Shown: positions 7,771 to 17,233 of the stretch, in pieces
How positions within the stretch are numbered: position 1 is the stretch's first letter
How the letters are laid out: every line of letters starts with the position of its first letter
Assembly: GCA_017434085.1 (NCBI GenBank)
Contig: JAFRFY010000111.1
Location: 3,878-67,877 of the forward strand
Length of the DNA: 64,000 nt
Direction: 5' to 3'
Source of the DNA: Clostridia bacterium
GTDB lineage: Bacteria > Bacillota > Clostridia > Christensenellales > Aristaeellaceae
The notes under the pieces: generated by a model
The model's input: only the letters and a program-made list of their open reading frames with translations
The model's database searches: none
Told to the model about the DNA's origin: nothing
Made by a program: the position numbers and the translations under genes

Positions 7771-10053
7771 CTATTTCCGCGCGGCCAGCACGCGGCCGAG
7801 CAGGTCCGTGAGCTGCGCGATGTCCACGGGCTTGGACAGATGGGCGTCCATGCCCGCCTGGAGGCACTGTTTGACGTCATCCTCGAAGGCGTTGGCGGTG
7901 AGGGCGATGATGGGGACGGTCACGGCGTCGGCCCTCGGCAGCCTGCGGATCGCCATGGTGGCGGTGGGGCCGTCCATCACCGGCATGCGCATGTCCATCA
8001 GTATGGCGTCGAAGTGGCCGGGCGCGCACTGTTCAAACAGCTCCACGGCATTCTGGCCGTTCTGCGCCCACTCGGTGGTGACCTCCTCCATGTCCAGCAG
8101 GTCGGCCAGCACCTCCGCGTTGAGGGGCATATCCTCCACGATCAGCACGTGAAGCCCCGCCAGGGAGGCGCGGGGCGCTTCGTCCTGCCCGGCGTCGGCG
8201 GGGCCCGTCGGCTCCACATACTGCGCCCGCAAAAGCGGTATGCGGACCGTGAAGGTCGTGCCCCGGCCCTTTTCGCTCTCCACGCCGATCTCGCCGCCCA
8301 TCAGGTCCACGATGTTCTTGGTGATGGCCATGCCCAGGCCGCTGCCGCCGTAGCGGTTGGTGGTGGTGGCGTCCTCCTGGGCGAAGGGCTCGAACAGCCT
8401 GGGGATGAAGGCCGCGTCCATGCCGACGCCCGTGTCCTTCATGGTGAAGCACAGCACCGCCCTCTCCTCGGAGAGCGTCTGCTGCGCCACCTCGAAGGTG
8501 ACGGTCCCCGGCGCGTCGGTGAACTTGACGGCGTTGCCGAGGATGTTGATGATCACCTGCTTGAGGCGCAGGTCGTCGCCCTCGAAGTACTCGTCCAGGG
8601 GCTCGTCCCGGTTGCAGACGAAGCGCAGGCCCTTGTCCTTGCACTGTCCGTCCACGATGATGGAGATCTGCGACACCATCTCCCGGAAGGAGAACAGCGC
8701 GCTCTTCAATTCCATGCGGCCGGACTCGATGCGGCTCATGTCCAGTATGTCGTTGATGAGGGACAGCAGGTGGCGGGCGCTGGAGCCGATCTTCTCCAGC
8801 TCGTCGCGGGTCTCGGAGGAGATGTTGGGGTCCTTCAGGGCGATGCTGTCCAGGCCGATGATGGCGTTTAAGGGCGTCCGGATCTCGTGGCTCATGGAGC
8901 TCAAGAAGGCGGTCTTCGCGGCGCTCGCCTCCTCGGCCCGGGCCAGCGCCTCGGAGAGCGCGCGGTTCTGGGCCATGTCCTCCCGGGTCTCGCGGTCCAC
9001 GTCGGACAGGCCCGCGCCGATGGCGTGGATCATGTGGTCGTCCCGGTCCTCGATCAGCCGGACGCCCGCGATGCGCAGCATCTCATACTGCTCCACGCCG
9101 CCCTTGTTGGTCAGGTAGCGCAGGGAGATCATCGCCTCGTTGGCCAGGCCGGCGCGGATGTTCTCGGGCTTGATGAACGCCAGGAACGCCTCCCGGTCCG
9201 CCTCGGCGACGCAGTGCTCCGCGTACTCCGTGAAGCCCTCGGAGAAGCGGAAGCTCCTGCCCTCCCACATCTTGCCCGCGTACAGCTTGGAGGTGGCGCG
9301 CACGCAGCGGCTTTCGTCCTTGTCCAGATCGGCGTAGTAGATGCTCCGGTAGTCGGCGGCCATGGCCGTGATCATGCCCTGCAGCACCTCGCGGTTCTGG
9401 TCGTCCAGGTAGATCAGCACGATGGAGATCGCGCCGCAGGTCCAGGTGCCGGGCATGCCGGTCTGAAACAGGCTCACGATGGAGCCTATGATGGGCACGA
9501 GGTAGAACTTGAGCAGCTTCTTGATGTCGCGGCGCAGTATGTAGTTGCCGCGGTTGCGCACCAGCCGGATGATGATGTGGGTGAAGGATATCACGATCAT
9601 GCCGTAGGCGCCGATCATCTGAAGCCAGTACAGGGAGGCGTGCCGGTAGACGTTTTCGGGGGTGACCGTGAAGAACCAGCCGGTCCATATCGAGGCGATG
9701 TTGAGCAGCATGAACACGATGCCCGGCAGCATGACGACGGCGTGCAGCCTGCGGGTGATCCGGTAGCCCAGGGTCTCCAGCACGTACAGGTACCACAGGC
9801 AGCCGATCACCACGCCCCCGCCCAGGTACAGCGCGTTGATCACCAGGTTGGCCGCGATGGCGCCGGGGAAGAGGCGGCCCTCCACCAGCACCCACAGTAT
9901 GTCCAGCACCAGCAGTATGATGATACCGTAGGCCGTCGTGCGAAACAGCATGCGGTCCTTTTGCTGATTGACGTTCTTGTGGCTCTGATAGGCGATGGTG
10001 CACAACAGTATCAGGCACAGGGCGTCGAGCTCTATATGTATTGCGGGTGCCAT
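7771..10053 (-). CDS. Hybrid sensor histidine kinase / response regulator with multi-TM N-terminal sensor
   Basis: 760 aa with about 7 N-terminal TM helices. H-box SHEIRTPLN, N-box NAVKFT, G-boxes DTGVGM and GGSGLGMAI. C-terminal receiver: LIVEDMPLN ... LMDMRMPVMDG ... SKP. Confidence 0.9.
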   Translation of the reverse strand: MAPAIHIELDALCLILLCTIAYQSHKNVNQQKDRMLFRTTAYGIIILLVLDILWVLVEGRLFPGAIAANLVINALYLGGGVVIGCLWYLYVLETLGYRITRRLHAVVMLPGIVFMLLNIASIWTGWFFTVTPENVYRHASLYWLQMIGAYGMIVISFTHIIIRLVRNRGNYILRRDIKKLLKFYLVPIIGSIVSLFQTGMPGTWTCGAISIVLIYLDDQNREVLQGMITAMAADYRSIYYADLDKDESRCVRATSKLYAGKMWEGRSFRFSEGFTEYAEHCVAEADREAFLAFIKPENIRAGLANEAMISLRYLTNKGGVEQYEMLRIAGVRLIEDRDDHMIHAIGAGLSDVDRETREDMAQNRALSEALARAEEASAAKTAFLSSMSHEIRTPLNAIIGLDSIALKDPNISSETRDELEKIGSSARHLLSLINDILDMSRIESGRMELKSALFSFREMVSQISIIVDGQCKDKGLRFVCNRDEPLDEYFEGDDLRLKQVIINILGNAVKFTDAPGTVTFEVAQQTLSEERAVLCFTMKDTGVGMDAAFIPRLFEPFAQEDATTTNRYGGSGLGMAITKNIVDLMGGEIGVESEKGRGTTFTVRIPLLRAQYVEPTGPADAGQDEAPRASLAGLHVLIVEDMPLNAEVLADLLDMEEVTTEWAQNGQNAVELFEQCAPGHFDAILMDMRMPVMDGPTATMAIRRLPRADAVTVPIIALTANAFEDDVKQCLQAGMDAHLSKPVDIAQLTDLLGRVLAARK

Positions 10054-10527
10054 TGGCGCTTCACGTCCTTCGGTGGGGGGATATCCCCCCGGTATGGCTC
10101 TATTCTACCATAGGGAAGGGGGCGCGGGCAAGGGGAAATTGGGACGCGGGGACGGCAATTTGACTGTTTTTTTAACGATGTGTAAACCCTGGGGGGAGAT
10201 TTTACCCGATCGGTGATGAGGTAACCGGAAAAGTAACTCATGTGACATATAATGGATAATGTATAGTTAGCGATATTTGACCCTTCATGGGCAGAAGCAC
10301 TATTTTCATCCGAAAGGATATCGCCATGAAACAGATGATACAGCTCAGGGATGACATCATGCTCGGGAGGACGGGGGCCGTCAGGGCGACCCTGCGTCGC
10401 GGGCTCAGCCTGGCGTTGATGATCATGCTCTTTATCAATTCCGTGCCGTTTACGCATCTGACGTCGGCCGAGGAAACGGCCGGCGATGCGGACGCGCCGA
10501 CGTGATCTGGGCCGAGGATGTGGACGA

Positions 10528-10644
10528 GTGTCCGAAAATCAGGACGGGGACGCGCAGGTCGCCGACGTGTCCGAAAATCAGGGTGAAGATGCGCAGGTCG
10601 CCGACGTGCCCGAGGATCAGGGCGAGGACGTGCAGGCTGTTGAA
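10528..10644 (+). repeat. 3 x 39-bp tandem repeat encoding acidic 13-aa units (VSENQDGDAQVAD type)
   Basis: Units at 10528-10566, 10567-10605 and 10606-10644. The first two are nearly identical and the third is diverged. Confidence 0.85.
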
Positions 10645-10657
10645 GTATCCGGGGATT

Positions 10658-10819
10658 AGAGTGTGTTTCTAAAATGCCTGCAGCGCAATTACGGCGTCTT
10701 TGCCTGCATTTTTGCGTTGATTTCCCTTGACTTGCCGCCAGCAAGTCTGCGGAAAATCGCCTTGAAATGCAGGCAAATCCACTCGAAATTGCATCTCCCT
10801 GCATTTAGAAACACACTCT
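10658..10819. mobile_element. MITE-like element (copy 2, short form) inserted in the adhesin gene
   Basis: TIRs are AGAGTGTGTTTCTAAA(A)TGC (10658-10677) and GCATTTAGAAACACACTCT (10801-10819). The core is homologous in reverse orientation to 2920-3192 but lacks ~110 internal bp. TAG lies at both junctions (10657-59, 10819-21). Confidence 0.55.
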
Positions 10820-13800
10820 AGGGCGAAGCGGCCGCGGAGACGGATGCCGTCCCCGTGGAGGATGCCGTTCCCGAGACGCAGTATGAATACGTTGACGCCG
10901 GGGACGGCGACGCGGACGTTGCGGACGACGCGGCGCTTGAGGCGGAGTATGTGGCGGCGGAGCCCGTCGAGGCGGAGCACCGCGTCGTCGAGATCGAGGC
11001 GGACGCTTTCTCCATCTACGGCATATGCTATACCGTCGACTACGAGTTCAACGGTTTCGTATGGCGCATGAACGGCGGTTCGTCGATCTGGCTGTCGCGG
11101 CTGCTGGCGCGGCTGAACGCCGATTTCGGCGTAGAGGATGTGCGGGAGGCGACGTTCTCCGATCCGGCCCTGCTTGCGGTGACCTACGACGCGGAGGAGC
11201 GCGACTGGTATCTGAGCAGCCTGACCCCGTTTACCAGCGAGGAGACGCTGACGCTGACCCTTCTGGACGGCGAGGCCGTCGAAATCAGGGTGACGGACAC
11301 GCAGGATCTGCAGGACATCGAGGAATTCCTGACCGAAGCGGAATTTCTGCTGGACGGCGTTCACGTGGGCGGCTCGTCCGATCCGGACCCCATGGAGGTG
11401 CGCACCGCGCATATCTACCGCCTGAGCCTGGTCTTTCAGGAAGAAGAGGAAGGCCGTCAATTCCCCGACAGCGGCGGCATGATATACGAACTGCCCGAAG
11501 GGATCGACTGGCGGCTTTTGGATGGAACTGTAACCACCTTCGACATCGTTCTGGGCAAAAAGGACACGCTGTATCCTCAGCGGGTGGACATGGGAGATCC
11601 CGGAAAAATCGGCGAACGATTTGGATGCCAATACCCACTATACCTATGTCATTTCCTACTGGACCGAGACGGATCGCACGATGGTCAAGAGGGGCTTTAT
11701 CCGCAATCACGTGGAGGAGAGCATCGCCGGGCTGACGCGCGACAGGGTGCAGCATTTCCCCGGAAAGACCTCGACGCATATCGAGGTCGACAAGGAATGG
11801 GTCAAGGATGAAATCGTACCGGGCTCAGGCGGTGCTGACGACAAGGTGTACAGCCAGTGGCGCATCTCGTTTAAGCGGCCCATCGGCGGCCTGGAGCGCG
11901 CGCTGGCGGAGGACATGCTGCCCTATTCCTGAATTATACAGAAGATGGTGTGGAGAAACAGCGGCTGGTCATCGAGGATACGTTTGCGATCAGTACTACC
12001 CGAAAGAGGTGGTGACGCCCGAGGGGCACCTGAAGGAGGACATCATCTGGCGGTTCATCATCGGCGACAACGACGACTGGGGGAACTATGGTGAGGATTA
12101 CGAGGGCAGGGAAGTCGAGTTTGAGCTGTACGCGGACGGCAAGAAGTTCAATCTGACCGACGGCGAGGGAGGAAACGCCAGAGGCAATCTTGTGCTGCCC
12201 AGAATCAAGGAAGACGGAGGCAAGGAATGGCAGATCACGGTGGACACGCTGCCGATGTACAAAATCGTCAACGGCATGCAGACGTCCACCCCGATCGCCT
12301 GGACCGTCAGGGAGGTCGGCGCGACCTACGCCATGGGGGCAGGCGGTTCGGATATCGTCGCCTCCGGCGTTTACCTGGAGGAGCATTTTACCGTCGAGGC
12401 TGCGGGTAAGGATGAAACGACTGGCGTCACGCCCTTTGATGGCGACGGATATGTCAAATTCACAAACACGCTCAATTCCCAGACCACGGTGAGGGTCATC
12501 AAGGATTGGCCCGACCTGAATGAAGAGGAGAAGGCGAACAAGACGGGGTCGGTCTATTTCGACCTGTACCGGACGACCGTTGAGACGGAGGCGGAGAGCC
12601 GGGATACAGAAGGCGCTCAAAAGGTCATCGGGGATATCGCGCTGAACGCGGGAAACAACTGGACCTACGAAAACAACCTGCTGGAAAACAGAAACGATAT
12701 GACAGGCGATCTGTGGTACTATTTCGCGGTCGAGCATTCTGTGGCGGGATATACCACCACATACGGTATCAATAAAGAAACGAGCAAGACGCAGAACATT
12801 ACCATTACCAATGAAGTGGACGGCGGTGTTCCCGTACCCATCTCAGAGAAGGAGACCGTTGACGGCGAGGATGTCATCGTCGACGACTGCGCGGTCAAGG
12901 TCGATGTTGAGAAGGACACAACCAAGGAAGTCACAATCAGAAATACATATTCTTCGGGAACGAACCCCACGACGAGCTGGAGGTCACGCAGAAAATTGAC
13001 GTGCCCGTGCAGAAGCTGCTGAACGGGCGATTTGACTTGGGCGAAGGTGGGACGGGGACATATCCGCCCTTCCTGTTCGCGCTGTTCGACGGCGACGGCA
13101 ACCCCATACGGTACAATAGCGGCGATAAGGTGCCGGTGACCACCACGGTCAACGGCGTGGAGACAACTGAAGAAATGTACAAGCAGGTCACGGTGTGGAG
13201 CGATGAGCACGGCAAAGCGTCGTTTGACCTGGATGGCATCACCAACAATGAAGGTGACCCGTACATCGACCTGACCCGGATGCGCTGGTGGGACGACGAG
13301 AAGAAGCTGTACGGCAAGTACACCTTCTATATCATGGAGCAGGAGGACCGGAAGGAAGGGGATTCCTACAACGGCATCACCAACGTGACCGAATCGGCCA
13401 AGGCCGTGCTGAACGTGTACTACGACTGGCTGACGGGCAAGATATTCTACCTGAATGACCACCTGTATAATCCCCCGGAGGGAGAGGCGCCGTATCGGAT
13501 CACCGTGGGCACCAGGACGAACGATACCTACCATTCCGTGAATATCAACACGGTCAGGAAGGTCTGGGACGACGACGACAACCGCGACGGATTGAGGCCG
13601 GATCAGACCGTCACAGTGAAGCTGGTTGCGAAGGTCGGAAATGAAGAGATATCCTACGCGCAATTAGGCCATGAGGAAAGCTATTTCACGAAGGAACTGA
13701 CAATATCAAATGCCGACACTGAGAACCCCAATATCTGGGTGCTCAATAATGTCAATTGGACGGGCTTGCCGAAGTATTATGAAGGCAAGCTGATCGAGTA

Positions 13801-14275
13801 TACCCTTTTGGAGACGCCGGATTTCAGCACGTACAGTGATCAGACGCAAACGGTGGCTCTCACAAAGGACGAAACCAACAGCACCACGCAGAATCATACA
13901 TACAACGGCGCGCTGACCAACACCCACACGCCGCAGACGGTTGACATCTCGGCAAACAAGGCATGGAACCACAGCGGAAACAGCATTGAACATTATCCCA
14001 TCACGGCGAAGCTGTGCCTTGTCGCAACGGTGGACGGCTCGGAGGCGAACACCACGACAAAGGCGGCCATCGCGGGAAATAACTTCGAATGGGAAAAGAC
14101 GCTGACGTTCGCCAGCGCCGATGCTCAGCAAACCGTGGATTGGGGCAATCTTCCGTGCTATGTGCCCGGGCGCGAGGGCGCGGAGATCACTTACAGCGTG
14201 GCGGAGGTAGAGCTCAGGGACAACGCCAACAACGTGCTGGACGGCTACCCCTCAAGTTTCCGTGAAGAACCTGTT

Positions 14276-14959
14276 TCAGCGCTGGAGCGCGATATCCACG
14301 CACTCCCGGAGATCGGCGATCTCATATTCCGCGTGAACGCCGTCGGGCAGCGCCTTGCCGTGGGGATTGAGCCAGCAGGCGTCGATGCCGGCGTTGTTCG
14401 CGCCGCGGATGTCGCTGTTGACGCCGTCGCCGATCATCAGCGCGTCGCGGGGCGCGGCCCCCTGCCGCTCCAGCGCCAGCAAAAACAGCTCGGGCCGGGG
14501 CTTCGACGCGCCCACCTCCTCGGAGATCACCACGTCGGCGACGTACCGCGTCAGCGGCGAGCGGGCGAAGCGACTTTTCTGGACGGTCGTGATGCCGTTG
14601 GTGACGATCACCACCGGCAGCGCCGCGGCGATCGTCCGCACCACGTCCAGCGCGTGGGGCAGCAGTATGCTCTGCTCGCCCAGCAGCTTGACGAAGCGCT
14701 CCGCCGCCCAAGCCGGGTCGCCCGGCACCGGGTAGCGCGCAAAGAAGCGGGCGAAGCGCTCCCGCCGCAGCGCATTCTGGGTGAGCCGCCCCTGCTCCAG
14801 CTCCGCCCAGCATTCGAGGTTACACGCCTCGTACTGCTCGTAGCGGTCGGGGTCGCGGTAGCCCAGCTCGTCCATCAGGCGGTCCACCGCGATACGGTTC
14901 CCCGCCTGGAAGTCCATCAGCGTGTCGTCGTTGTCGAAGAGTATGACCTTGTAGCGCAT
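14276..14959 (-). CDS. HAD-superfamily hydrolase (subfamily IA, YjjG-like nucleotidase type)
   Basis: 227 aa. Motif I ILFDNDDTL, motif II VIVTNG, motif III/IV K...GDGVNSDIRG. Confidence 0.85.
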   Translation of the reverse strand: MRYKVILFDNDDTLMDFQAGNRIAVDRLMDELGYRDPDRYEQYEACNLECWAELEQGRLTQNALRRERFARFFARYPVPGDPAWAAERFVKLLGEQSILLPHALDVVRTIAAALPVVIVTNGITTVQKSRFARSPLTRYVADVVISEEVGASKPRPELFLLALERQGAAPRDALMIGDGVNSDIRGANNAGIDACWLNPHGKALPDGVHAEYEIADLRECVDIALQR

Positions 14960-15041
14960 GGCGAAGCCCCTTTCGGTACCGGCGTCCGTGTTTTCACGGA
15001 ACCATTATAGCACGCCGGGGTCGCCGGGGCAAGGCGGTCAT

Positions 15042-15275
15042 TCATGCGTTCGCCCTGACGATCTCGCCGCGCCCCGTGAGGCGGTCGACGAGGCGCTTCC
15101 ACCCGCTGTCGCGCCGGACGGCCTTCGCGGCCACCCGCGCGCGGGACTGCTCCCGCTGCAAAAGCCGCGCCGCCTCCGGCACGTTCCAGTCCTTCGCCTC
15201 CAGTGCGGCCTGCGCCTCCTCCATGGTCACGCATATGGTCTGGGAGAGCATCTCCGTCATTCTGGCCTGCGTCAT
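15042..15275 (-). CDS. Small UBA/TS-N-like domain protein (short paralog of 15430-16044)
   Basis: 77 aa. GGGAGGAG RBS. The N-terminal 45 aa (MTEMLSQTICVTMEEAQAALEAKDWNVPEAARLLQREQ) parallel the N-terminus of the next gene. Confidence 0.55.
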   Translation of the reverse strand: MTQARMTEMLSQTICVTMEEAQAALEAKDWNVPEAARLLQREQSRARVAAKAVRRDSGWKRLVDRLTGRGEIVRANA

Positions 15276-15429
15276 GGCTTTTCTCCTCCCTTGGATGGGC
15301 CTGTTTTCCCGTTTTCTGTGGGTTGGACGGCGTAATCCGCGTTTCGTTACAGGTGATTCTTATTTTAACATTGCGTGGCTTGAATATTCCCGCCCGGCGG
15401 TTGCATCGGGCGGGAATTGAATTGGCGTA

Positions 15430-16044
15430 TCAGGCTTCGGCGACGGCCTTCTTCATGTGCTCCGCGGCGCTGGCGGCCTTGTCGAGGGCGCTGTTGATGT
15501 CCCCCCGGCCGAGCTCCCTGCCCTCGAAGCTGTAGCGGCAGCCCGCGAACAGGCCGATCACCAACAGCGGCACGCATACCCAGAAGGCGCACAGCAGGAG
15601 CGGTACCAGCACCGTCAGCGGCAGGCGCAACACGGTCTCGCCGCCGCGCCGCACCACCAGGCGGTTGCGGTTGCCGCAGGCCACGGCCTTGCGGATGTGT
15701 CGGCCCAGGCCCTTGCGGCTCCGGCGGCGCTTCGCGGATTCGACGCGCGCGGGCTCGTCGGATTCGGCGGCCTGCGCGTCCGAGGCGATCTCATCGGTCG
15801 TGGCGGCCTGCGCGTCGGGGGCGATCTCATCGGCAGCCTCCTCCTCGGGCGCGTACTGCACCGCCATGCCCTCGCAGCCCGACGCCACCTCGTTGAGCTC
15901 CTGCATCCTGCGGAACTGCTCCTGCTCCAGCAGGTGCGTCGCGGTGAGCATGTTCCAGTCGCCGGCCTCCAGGGTGTTCCGGGCCTTCTCCAGGGTCACA
16001 TTGCACTTCTCAGAGAGCTTCTCAGCCATTTCATACTGCGTCAT
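15430..16044 (-). CDS. UBA-like N-terminal domain + DUF4342-like membrane-associated C-terminal domain protein
   Basis: The ORF reaches 16104, but ATG 16044 (MTQYEMAEKL) has a GGAGGA RBS. It contains a 2 x 36-bp tandem repeat (15766-15837, DEIA(S/P)DAQAA). The C-terminal string NRLVVRRGGETVLRLPLTVLVPLLLCAFWVCVPLLVIGLF is typical of DUF4342. Confidence 0.65.
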   Translation of the reverse strand: MTQYEMAEKLSEKCNVTLEKARNTLEAGDWNMLTATHLLEQEQFRRMQELNEVASGCEGMAVQYAPEEEAADEIAPDAQAATTDEIASDAQAAESDEPARVESAKRRRSRKGLGRHIRKAVACGNRNRLVVRRGGETVLRLPLTVLVPLLLCAFWVCVPLLVIGLFAGCRYSFEGRELGRGDINSALDKAASAAEHMKKAVAEA

Positions 16045-16147
16045 GGTCTTTGTCCTCCGTTCGATTTGATGGACACAGTATAACCCATGAACATGAAATG
16101 GCAAGAAAACAGGATTAGAGAAAGATTAGAAAAGAAGGAAAACGATT

Positions 16148-17158
16148 TCAGTTTTGCGATGCGCCCGTGGCGGCGCGGTACACCCTCAGCGCGCTGGGGA
16201 AGGCCAGGGCGTCGAGGTCGTCGGCGGGGGCGTAATCCGGGGGATAGGCCGCGCATATGGCGCGCCAGCCCCGCATGTGCCAGACCAGATGGGTGAACAC
16301 GTGCTTCGCGTCGGGCAGGGGTTCCAGTATCTCGACCCCCGAGAAGCCCTTTTCCCCGAGAAGGGCGGGCAGCGCGTCCCGGCCGGGATGCCCCTCCAGC
16401 GCGACGAATTCATACAGCCCGCCCAGCAGGCCCCGGGGACGGCGGCGCACCAGCGTCCGGTCGCCGCAGGTGATCAGCAGGATCGTCCAGTCCTGCCGCT
16501 TCTTTGCGACGGGCGCGCGCCTGCGGGGGTAGTCGAGGGCGGCGTCCTCCCGGCAGGCGACGCACCACGGCCTGACCGGGCAGCTGTCGCAGTCCGGCCG
16601 CTTCGGGAGGCAGATGGTGGCCCCCAGGTCCATCAGCGCCTGGTTGTAGTCGCCGGGGCGGTCCTTTGAGATCAGCTCGAGGGCCGGGGAGAGCAGGTCG
16701 AAGGGAGTCTTTAACGGCTCCTCCCAGGCCAGCAGCCGGGAGAGCACCCGCGCCTGGTTGCCGTCCAGCGCCGGGGCGACCTCCCCGTAGGCGATGGAGG
16801 CGATGGCGTTGGCTGCGTAGGGGCCGATGCCGGGTAGCCTCCGAAGCCCCGCGGCGTCGGCGGGAAAGGCCCCGCCCGAGGCCGCCACGGCCTTTGCCGC
16901 CGCGTGCAGGTTGCGGGCCCGGGAGTAGTAGCCCAGGCCCTCCCACAGCTTGAGCACCTCGTCCTCCCCGGCTGCCGCCAGCGCTTCCACCGTGGGGAAG
17001 CGAGCCAGGAAGCGGGCGTAGTAGCCCTTCACCGTCTCGGTCTGGGTCTGCTGGAGCATGATCTCCGAAAGCCAGATCCGGTAGGGGTCGCGGACGCCGC
17101 GCCAGGGCAGGTCGCGGCGGTTCTGGTCGTACCAGATGAGAAGGGTTTGTGAAAACAT
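16148..17158 (-). CDS. mutY: A/G-specific adenine DNA glycosylase
   Basis: 336 aa. N-terminus WYDQNRRDLPWR...YRIWLSEIMLQQTQ, HhH-GPD region, 4Fe-4S loop CLPKRPDCDSCPVRPWCVAC, and a NUDIX-like C-terminal domain. Confidence 0.9.
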   Translation of the reverse strand: MFSQTLLIWYDQNRRDLPWRGVRDPYRIWLSEIMLQQTQTETVKGYYARFLARFPTVEALAAAGEDEVLKLWEGLGYYSRARNLHAAAKAVAASGGAFPADAAGLRRLPGIGPYAANAIASIAYGEVAPALDGNQARVLSRLLAWEEPLKTPFDLLSPALELISKDRPGDYNQALMDLGATICLPKRPDCDSCPVRPWCVACREDAALDYPRRRAPVAKKRQDWTILLITCGDRTLVRRRPRGLLGGLYEFVALEGHPGRDALPALLGEKGFSGVEILEPLPDAKHVFTHLVWHMRGWRAICAAYPPDYAPADDLDALAFPSALRVYRAATGASQN

Positions 17159-17196
17159 AGGGGGATACCTCGGAGAGTGGAGAATAAACAGACAAA

Positions 17197-17218
17197 CCCC
17201 GCGCGTGATGGCGCGGGG
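17197..17218 (-). terminator. Intrinsic terminator after the capA-like gene
   Basis: CCCCGCGC-GTGATG-GCGCGGGG; on the minus strand it is followed by UUUGUCUGUUUAUU. Confidence 0.6.
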
Positions 17219-17233
17219 CTGGTTTGTTTTGTT

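Larger units (their letters stand above)
10326..14275 (+). pseudogene. Decayed CnaB-repeat surface adhesin gene (multiple frameshifts, MITE insertion, 3' truncation)
   Basis: A signal peptide ORF (MKQMIQL...FTHLTSAEE) stops at 10505. Coding continues in other frames: 10528-10656, 10822-~11600, ~11585-11932, ~11935-12030, ~11990-12950 and 12911-14275. CnaB hallmark VRKVWDDDDNRDGLRPDQTVTVKL lies at ~13553-13624, and IEYTLLETPD-type strands are present. There is no LPXTG, and the reading frame runs straight into the convergent HAD gene. Confidence 0.7.
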
